Shown one piece after another: positions 9,695 through 18,700 of a stretch of 53,714 nucleotides of DNA (the stretch's first letter is position 1; each line of letters starts with the position of its first letter). The position numbers were made by a program, and so were the translations under genes. Location: IMG/VR virus record IMGVR_UViG_3300033182_000063, positions 1 through 53,714 of that record; one strand, written 5' to 3'. The stretch comes from a virus (lineage: Duplodnaviria; Caudoviricetes). Below the pieces are notes generated by a model that worked only from the letters and a program-made list of their open reading frames with translations, was not told the origin of the DNA and did not search any database.

Positions 9695-9703
9695 GGAGTA
9701 TCT

Positions 9704-10138
9704 ATGTCGACTGCTCGTCTAGTATTTGACGACAAAGAACGCGTAGGTGCTTTTGTCGCTGCCGAGGTGGGGCAACTCTCTTCGTGGGGTGACTTTTATG
9801 CGATGGGCGCTGAACGCGATGGTGAGGTGATAGCAGGAATTGTCTTCAACAATGTTGGAGAATGTAATGCCACCGTACATATCGCCGTTAGCAAACCCAC
9901 AAAGCTACTACCTGAGTTGGTAGACCATGCGTTTGTGTATGCGTTTAAACAGCAGGGGTTGAAGCGACTGACGGCATTTATCGAAGAGAGCAACAAAAAG
10001 AGCCTCAAGATAAATAGTCATATTGGTTTTGTTGACGAATGCGTGATGCGGCAAGCGGGCGCAGGAGGTCAGGACGTACACTTACGTGTCCTTTGGCCTC
10101 ACAACTATCGCAGAGGAAAGACAAATGGGAAAAAGTAA
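9704..10138 (+). CDS. GNAT-fold acetyltransferase-like virion assembly protein
   Basis: RimJ-like pattern LKRLTAFIEESNKKSLKINSHIGF; usual position before podoviral ejection proteins. Confidence 0.75.
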   Translation: MSTARLVFDDKERVGAFVAAEVGQLSSWGDFYAMGAERDGEVIAGIVFNNVGECNATVHIAVSKPTKLLPELVDHAFVYAFKQQGLKRLTAFIEESNKKSLKINSHIGFVDECVMRQAGAGGQDVHLRVLWPHNYRRGKTNGKK

Positions 10139-10934
10139 CCCGGCACCTCCAGATTATACTCCCCTCGCCAACGCGAGTAAGGAGGCAGCGCAGGTCATGG
10201 CAGGTCTCGGTCGTGAGCAGCTATCGTTCGCACGAGATCAATATAACCAGAATGCGCCTATCCTCCGTGACATCGCTCAGCAGCAGATGGCAGCCCAGAA
10301 CGAGCAGATGGCGCAAGCACGGGATTACTACAACTACCAACGGGATACGTACCGACCGTTAGAACGGCAACTGGTAGCTGACGCCTCAAGATTTAACACC
10401 GAAGCCTACCGTAACCAGTTAGCCAGTCAGGCGGCTGCGGACTCAGGTCGCGCCTTCGGTATTGCCCAACAGCAGAACGCCAGAGCGATGGCGGCTATGG
10501 GTGCTAATCCAAACTCAGGTCGTTTTGCAGGTATGCAGAACGCCTCTTCGCTACAGCAAGCAGCGTCTCGTGCAGCAGCACAGACCGGCGCACGTATGCA
10601 AGCAGAGCAGATGGGCTACGCTCGTCGCTTAGACGCCACTGGTTTAGGTCGTGGTCTCGCAGGTGCATCGGCAGCAGCTTACGGTGGTGCTAACGCTGCG
10701 GGTAACTCAGCAGGTGCCAACTACCAGTCTGCCGGCATTAACTATCTCAACGGCATGAACATGGGGGCGAACACTATCGGCTCTGGTCAGAACATGATGC
10801 TCTCTGGTCTAGGTAACGTGCTCAACGCACAGACCCAGATGGCTGTTAATGACTCTGGTTCTAGTTGGATGGGTGACCTCGGTGGCTTGATGGGTGGTGC
10901 TGCTGCTATGTCTAAAGCGGGTATGTTCAGCTAA
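10125..10934 (+). CDS. Internal virion / ejection protein (Ala-Gly-Gln rich)
   Basis: MGKSNPAPPDY start after a GAGGA RBS; composition typical of small pilot/ejection proteins. Confidence 0.7.
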   Translation: MGKSNPAPPDYTPLANASKEAAQVMAGLGREQLSFARDQYNQNAPILRDIAQQQMAAQNEQMAQARDYYNYQRDTYRPLERQLVADASRFNTEAYRNQLASQAAADSGRAFGIAQQQNARAMAAMGANPNSGRFAGMQNASSLQQAASRAAAQTGARMQAEQMGYARRLDATGLGRGLAGASAAAYGGANAAGNSAGANYQSAGINYLNGMNMGANTIGSGQNMMLSGLGNVLNAQTQMAVNDSGSSWMGDLGGLMGGAAAMSKAGMFS

Positions 10935-11119
10935 TGGAAAAAGACGAGCTCATGTTTAGCGAGGGAGACCTGCGCCACGTTATGCGTATGGTGCTACTAG
11001 ATAACAAACAGTGCCTACTAACCGAGGCGTTAATGATGGGCATTGAAGAGTCTATCGTTATGTATTTGAAGTCTGTTACTCAGAAAGAAGACGCAGACGT
11101 ACCAGTTTTGGAGAATTAA
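10934..11119 (+). CDS. Hypothetical protein
   Basis: TAATG coupling; fills the gap exactly. Confidence 0.6.
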   Translation: MEKDELMFSEGDLRHVMRMVLLDNKQCLLTEALMMGIEESIVMYLKSVTQKEDADVPVLEN

Positions 11120-11120
11120 G

Positions 11121-12734
11121 ATGGCGCGTAAATCTGGATGGCAGCAGTTTGCCGATAACTTCAACTCCGTTTACAAAACTTTCCAAGATGTAGCTAAAGA
11201 CTGGGAATACGACGACATCAATAAGATGGAAGCGACAGTCATCGAGACCGATGACATGGGCGACCCAGTGAAATGGGATTACGGCGGTCAGTCTTTCGAC
11301 GCTAAGCCAACTCTGGATGAGCAGCGTCAAATCAAATACGGCTTGATGGGCGACGCAATGGCTAAGTACGGCGACGTGTCCGGCGCTATGCAGATGCAGT
11401 TAAACCGCGAGAAGTTGATCGCTGACCGCGAAGCCAACTTGGTGAACCGCCAAATCCGTGACGAGTTAATCCGCCAACGCGGTGGTTTGAAATCGCGGGA
11501 GATGGAAGCCGGTATTGAGAATACTGAGTCTAGCACTGGCTTGAACAACGCCAATATTTCAAGGGTCAACCAAGCTGTTAGACGCGATAAAGCTATGCTC
11601 CCGGGCGACCTTCTACGCCAGTCGGCTGACCTAGAAAACGTTGAAGCCAACACAGATAACACCTTATCTATTACCGCACGCAGAGACTTACTGACTCCGG
11701 GCGAGCTAGACCAACAAGCTGCCACTCTGGAAGGTACTAAAGCTACCACTGCTGATACTAAGTCAACGACTGCTGCTCGTGACGCCAAGTTGGGTGCTCA
11801 GGTTGAAGGTCTTGAGTTAGATAACGTTGGCAAAGGCCTTAAAAACGCAGGGCAAGAGACTCAGAACAAGCGTGACGAAGTTAAGTTAGACACCGAGAGC
11901 GACGCTTACCAGATCAAAAAGCCAATGAACGAAGCTCTGATTGACTTCGGACAGCGTGCGGCGCATGGCGAGTTTGACGACGACCCTAACGCAGGTTCTG
12001 CGGCTCTCATGGAGATTTACCAGACCTACGACCCTATCGGCGCTAAGTCAGTTATGGAGAACTTCAACGCTCAAGAGATTATGGGCATCGCCAAAGACGG
12101 TACTCGTATCGCTGCGGAAGTTAAAGCTGCATTGGCAGACGGTGCCAACTGGCGTCAGAACGTTATTGAGTTCATCGACAAAGAGAACGGCATCGAGCTA
12201 GATGCCGACATCGTGGAAGATGAAGATGGTTTCCACCTAGCCTCTATGAGAGACGGTAAGTCAGTAGACTACATCGTATCTGCACCTTCTATGGACGCGT
12301 TGCGTACCAAGATTGCCACTGAGTACACCGACCCTGCGGGTTCATTTGGTCTGGCTAAGCAGCTAGCCGAAGTTGAGAAACTACGCGCGGAAGCAAACAA
12401 GCTGAACTCGGAAGCTATACGTGGTCCTCGTGACTACATGGCTGAACTCCAAGCGGGCAAATTAGGTGATTTGGCTAGTACTCCAGAGTTCCTAGCTGAA
12501 GTTAAGAAAGCTCAAAAGTCCAACGACTGGACTAACGTTGATGCTATGGTCAAGCAAGCCCGGTCTATGATGGCTAACGGCGGCGGGCTACGAGCAAACA
12601 AACAGGCTTCTAAGCCTGCGTCGGCAGAACCTAAGTACAGCGTTGGACAGGTAATCGAAGGTAAAGGCGGCAAGAAGTACAAATTCTTGGGTGGCGACTG
12701 GCAAGATCAGGCGAATTACGAAGAGGTTAAGTAA
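11121..12734 (+). CDS. Internal virion / ejection protein
   Basis: Helical charged 537-aa protein between the pilot and giant proteins; GGAG RBS. Confidence 0.65.
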   Translation: MARKSGWQQFADNFNSVYKTFQDVAKDWEYDDINKMEATVIETDDMGDPVKWDYGGQSFDAKPTLDEQRQIKYGLMGDAMAKYGDVSGAMQMQLNREKLIADREANLVNRQIRDELIRQRGGLKSREMEAGIENTESSTGLNNANISRVNQAVRRDKAMLPGDLLRQSADLENVEANTDNTLSITARRDLLTPGELDQQAATLEGTKATTADTKSTTAARDAKLGAQVEGLELDNVGKGLKNAGQETQNKRDEVKLDTESDAYQIKKPMNEALIDFGQRAAHGEFDDDPNAGSAALMEIYQTYDPIGAKSVMENFNAQEIMGIAKDGTRIAAEVKAALADGANWRQNVIEFIDKENGIELDADIVEDEDGFHLASMRDGKSVDYIVSAPSMDALRTKIATEYTDPAGSFGLAKQLAEVEKLRAEANKLNSEAIRGPRDYMAELQAGKLGDLASTPEFLAEVKKAQKSNDWTNVDAMVKQARSMMANGGGLRANKQASKPASAEPKYSVGQVIEGKGGKKYKFLGGDWQDQANYEEVK

Positions 12735-15700
12735 ATGAAAAACCCTTGGGAAGTCGAAGACCAAGTTAAGACATCTAACCCTTGGGAAGCTCAAACCTCC
12801 GAACGAGACCCTTGGGATTACGGCGGTGCAGATGACGACTGGCGTAGTGAATTAGCTAGCCGCAGACCTCAGTCTACTGAACCTCAGTACGAGTCTGAAG
12901 ACACCAGTTTTGTTCGTGACGTGGCTGACGTTGGTGTTGGCTTTGTCGGCGCTGTACCAAAAGCAGCCGGCTCACTTGTTTCACTTGGCTCTTTAGTTCC
13001 CGGCGTACATTATGTGGCTGACCCATTATCCAGTGGTCTGAACAGTGTAGGCGAGTGGGTAGACAATACATTCCTGTCTGACCGCCAGTTGGAGATAAAC
13101 AAAGAACTTCAGACTAGACTCCAAGCTGCCGCAGAAGAACTCGGCCCTGACGCATCAATCGGCGACTACATCGACAACATGGTTGCCCAAGGTGGCGAAG
13201 CCGGTGCGTTTATCGCAGATCACCCGGGTCAGGTTACTAACCTAATTGCTCAATCTCTTCCTTACGTATTCGGCGGCGGTGTTGCTGCTAAAGGTTTGAA
13301 AGCCGGTGCGAAGGTAGTAGGTGCAGAGAAAGTCGCCAACATGGGGGCTAAAACTTCTGGTGCCGTTGGTGAAGGTCTGATTACTGCCGGTGCAGTTGAA
13401 GGTGAAATCGTCCGTACTAACGAGCAGAAAGGCGAAGATGGCTACTCACTAGACCGTCTGGCTGCTGTACCTGCCGGTGTGACTACTGGCTTGATCTCCC
13501 GTGGCGGCGCTCAGTTCTCTCCAGTAGATATTGATACCGTTGCTGCGAAAGTTGCGGCTGGTGAGACTGCTGACCTAATGCAGGAAGCTGCCAAACAAGG
13601 GTTCGTTAAACGAACTGTTAAAGGCGCGGCGCTTGAAGGCGTGGAAGAAACGCTCCAGTCTGGTCAGGAAAAAGTATTTACCAACATCGGTACTGATGAG
13701 CACCCACTGAAAGACGTTGGTGGCGACGCTGTTATCGGTGGTATTACTGGTGCAGGTCAGGGTGCAGGTGTTAACGCGTTAGCAGGTCTGAAGCAGAACA
13801 GTGAAACTAACGAAGACTTAGTAGTTCGTCCTGACACAGAGACACTTCTGGAAGAAGCGCAGCTTACTATCCCTCGTAACGAAGATGGCTCTATGCCTAA
13901 CATCGAGTTGCCAGAGGTTACTCCAGAGGGTGCGTCTACCGGTCTATTCGTCATTATGAATGGTGAGCAGGTCGATCTGGCAGCACTCCAAGCTAACCGT
14001 GACGCACTTCTGGTGGCTCACTCTACTGCTACTCCAGAGCAGCAAGCTCAGATTGAAGAGATTGTTAACCAAGTAGCTGCGATCGAGCAGCAGATGGGAG
14101 CCGCCCAACAGGTACGCGACCAAGAGTTAGCAGCCGCTGCACAGCAGGAAGAAGCTAAGAAAGACTTACGTCTTAAGCACGCCGACACATTCCCAGATGA
14201 AGCTGAGTTTGTTAACGAGCTGAAGAAAGAGGCTCAGGCTACCCGTGACGCAGAGCTAGACGACCCAACTACCGAGATCGGTGCAGCGTTCCAACAGTGG
14301 CGTAAGGACAATAACAACTACGACACTAAAAACAATTCGGCTGCGGCTAAGAAGCAGTTCCTTAAAGATGCCGGCATCCAAGAAGGTGAGGTTGATTTCA
14401 AGGGTGACTACTTAGCGGCGCTAGACGCTCACGCTGAGATGAAAGAGGTACAGGCTAACCGCAACCCTCAGTCTCAAGCACGTATTGACCGTGAAAAAGC
14501 AGAGCTAGTGGCAGAGCTGAATGAGGCTGTTAAGTCTGGTGATCCTGCTGCTATTGCGGCGGTTGAGCAGAAAGCCATCAACGCAGGTCTTATGCCGGCA
14601 GAATGGGCAGAGGCGAAGCGCACACTAACTAAAGGTCTTAACGCTAACAAGAAAACGCCGAAGACAAATACCAACGCTACTCCTGCTACACCGGCAGCTC
14701 CGGCTACTAATCTGGAGAATACCGAGACTCCTGCACCTAAAACTCCAAAGGTTTCTAAGGTTAAGGCTGATGCCATCAAACGTGCTACTGAGGCACTGGG
14801 CGACAACTGGCAGGAAGAACACCCAGAGCTAAGCCAACTTCTGGATAACGGCGGTTTATACAAGAAAGACAAGAACGGTGTTCGCCGCTTCGATAAGTTC
14901 CTCAACCAAGCGGTGGAGGAGAAGAAGGCTAAAGACGCTGAAGCTCAGGCGGAGAAAGACAAGATTAACTCGATGTCTGATGCTGACATTGAGATGCGTA
15001 ACGCCGCAGAGGAATACGCCACTGAGAAGCTAGGTGACAACTGGGTAGAAACTTATCCAGACCTCAACAAAGTGTTGGATGAGGGGAACTACGGCTTGTT
15101 CAACCGTGAGGTAGACGCCGCTGCGGATAACGCAGCCAACGCTACTGACAGCGAGATTGTCTCACAAAAGGCTAATACCTTAGCCAATAAAGAGAACATC
15201 AAGTTAGCTAAGACGGAGCAGAAGATTTACGACTTCCTTCTGGAGCGTGCCAAGCAGGGCAACTTGTCTGACTACGTGAACGCAGATGGCTCGTTCAACG
15301 CTACTGCAATCGCTAAAGACGCAGGTCTGAAGTCTAAAGGCGTGGCGACTACCGGTCGTACTCGCATCAAGAAGAAGATTGCAGAAGCCCTTGGCATGAC
15401 TGAGGAGCAGCTTACTGAAGGTTTGAGCCAGACTAAACGTGGCAACACGCAAGAGTTTGAGGATAATCGCGGCGACGCGCCATCTGTTGGCACCACTGTA
15501 TCTGAGAACGAGATTTTCGGTGACGACCAGACTCAGTCAACCATGTCTGAGATTTCTTCTGTTGGCGGTTCTCAGTCAAACATCGGCGACCTGACTAAGG
15601 AAGAGAAAGAGTACGTCGACGAGCAAGCGATTTCTAAACCAGACCCAGTTCAGCAGCAGCGCCAGAAGGACGCTCAAGAGCGCCTAGAGAAACAGATCGA

Positions 15701-18700
15701 CGCAGTGTTGGCATCTCCACTGGCTCAGGAAGCCCTGAATATGTGGAACAACATGAAGTCTGACGGTGCTGTTTCTGCTGACCAGCTGAGCAAACAAGAC
15801 GCTTACGACTGGATTATGACCGTAGCTGAGGTCGACGCCGGTTACATTGACATGAAGCAGTTGGATAAAGACCAACGCGATATGGAGCGCCGCTACGACG
15901 CCAACGAGGTACTTACCGATGAAACAAACCAAGATGCGGGACAAATTGAAAGCCAAAAAGTTCTTGAGGGACCAAGCCAAGATGCTCAAGGAACTGATGG
16001 AACTAGGGGCACAATTGACACCGAAGCAGCAGGAGATAGTGCGGAAGTACAGCTAACCGCAGCTGAGCAGAAAGAGCGTGCGTCTAAGGTAAAAGTATCT
16101 ACCAAGAAGAAGCGCAAGTTTTCTGTCAAAAACCTATTCGGTGGAAAGGGCAAGAAGTCAGTAACTCGTACTGCGTTTATGCGAGAGCTTGCTGACATCA
16201 CCGGCAAGAAAGCCCCTTGGCGAGTAACTGTGTTCGACACTACCGCGGAAGCTATTGCGGCTCGTATTACCGACGAAGACATTGGCACCATTCGCCCACA
16301 AGGTTGGGTAGTTCCAGATTCCAACGGTTTAGATCGTGCTTACTTCATTCTCGAGAACATTAAAGAGGGCAACGAGCGTGCTGTAATCATGCACGAGATC
16401 GGCTCTCACATGGGTCTTGATAACCTACTAACTGAAGAGCAAGTAGACATTGCGGTAGGCAAAATCATGGAGTGGTCAGAGCTAGATGATGGTTCGGACG
16501 CTTCTCTGTACGCTAAGGCGGCTCGTGTTCGTGCGGCTGAAGCTGCTCCACACATGGAGAACCCAGAGACAGACTACCCATCTGAGTTGATTGCTTACTT
16601 TATCGAAGAAGCCGTTAACGACGGCGTTGACGTAACTAAGTCAGACGGCACAGCTCTCGGAGACTTCATCCGTAAGATGTGGGCTGCGTTCAAATCTGCA
16701 TACCGCAAGTTCCGTGGCGATAACGTTGACACACTAACTCCACAAGACTTTGTTAACTTGGCTTATGGTGCTGCTCGCTTAGAAAACAGCACGACGTTCC
16801 ACGGTACCGCGACTTGGTTCCGTAAGTTCAACCATGACTTCATGGGAACAGGCGAAGGTGCTCAGGCGTTTGGTTGGGGTACTTACTTGGCGGAACGCTT
16901 TGGTATTGGTAACGAATATCGTCAAGCGGACGTATCTCGCAAGAATAATAAGACTGGTAGTCTTTTCCATTTTCCTAAAATTTTTGAAGCTCTAAGAGGG
17001 TATTCACATAGTAAAAATATAGGCGCCAAGGCGGATCACCGTACCCATGACGTCAAGTCCCAACTTATTAAAGACTCGATAGCCGCCGAGAACAAAGGTG
17101 TCTTAAAGGATGTCTACATTCAGCGAAACGATGAAGACGGCAACCCGAAACTTATAAAAGTTAAAATTGCTCCGGGCGCAAAAGTTTTCAACCGAGGTGG
17201 GTACGTACTGGTACAAGCACTGGTAGCAGGGGAAGATAACTCTTTCCAGTCGAAAAGCTCATTCTTAGTACAAGAACTGGTTGACAAAGACGGTAATTCT
17301 TTACTGAGCGAAGACGAGGCTTTTGAATCTTATCTTGCAGGTATGTTAGAACTTACTGACGGTACCTTTGGAACCACTGGTCAGTTATACCGTGTTGATT
17401 ACGCGTTTGCTGATGAAGAAATGCTCGACTGGGACGAACGCGTTGAAGATCAGCCTCTTGTTCTAAAAGCTATTAACAACATGCCGGACGAGATCGTTGA
17501 TGCTTTGATGGAAGACCTTGCGACTGATGAAGAATTCACTGGTGTAACCGGCGAGCTACTGTACTTCAGCCTATCTAACTTGCAGTTCCATGACTACATG
17601 CTAGAGGAGTACGTACCACAAAAAGACTATGACCAAGCGCAAAAAGCAGGTAGCCGCGTAGGTCCCGGAACTAAGGGTCAAGCTGTAACTGCAAAAGCTA
17701 TCGCGTCAGCCTTCCTGTACCAGTACGGCATTAAAGGGATCAAGTTCCTAGATAACACCAGTCGTAAAAAGGCTAGAAGAGTCGTAGACGATAACCAAGA
17801 TACTTTAGTAAACGACGTTCCACAGCTTTTGGATATTGTGAACGACTCCACTCCGTACCTAAAAGAAAAAGGTGCGAGAGTTCTGTACTACAAGAAAGCC
17901 GATGGAACAGTTGAGAGCCTGTTAGTTTCAACTAAGTCAGCGGTAAGCTACCGAACTACTTCTGACGGCGAAGCTAGACCAGTTCGTATAGCAAGCAGTG
18001 TAGACGGCGTTAGCATCCCTCTAAAAGAGTTGTACACAGACCAGAACGCCACAATACCGTTGGAGTTCGATGAAGCACAGATTCGAGCTGACATCGACGA
18101 AGCGAAAAAGTACAAGGCCGACGGCTTCACGCGCAACAAAGTTATCTTTAACGATAAAGATGTTATTCGTGTGGCTAACAACCCCGGCTCTAAAATGGGT
18201 CCCGGAAACATCCGGTTCTCAGTTGGTAAAAAGTCAAAGCAAGTAGCTAAGACCTTAATGGGTAGCTTCGGTGAAATGACCGTAGATAACTTCGCTGCCC
18301 TAGCCAAGACTGCCGTTAAGGAACTCAAGTTCCTACATTCGTTCATTCGTGACGTGCGTGACCGCATGCCGTCTGCTGACAAGTGGTACAACTTTATTCT
18401 GGAGTCTGAGAAAACCCGTAACGAAATCCTCCAGAAGGTGGAGAACATCGCGGTTCAGGCTCGTGAAATGGGCGACCAACAGATGAAAGAGGTGAACAAG
18501 TTCATCGCTGACTCTACGCTGTACCAGAAGTGGGGCTACCAACCATCTTGGATCACTGACCCTAACTTTAAGGCTGACCCAATCATGGAGCGCCGTTGGA
18601 AGAAACTGAACGCAGACCAGAGAAAGGTTGTTGAGCAGGTATTCCAACACGGCGAAGACATGCGCCAGTTGAAAGCTGACCTAGCTAAGAAGATGGGCTT

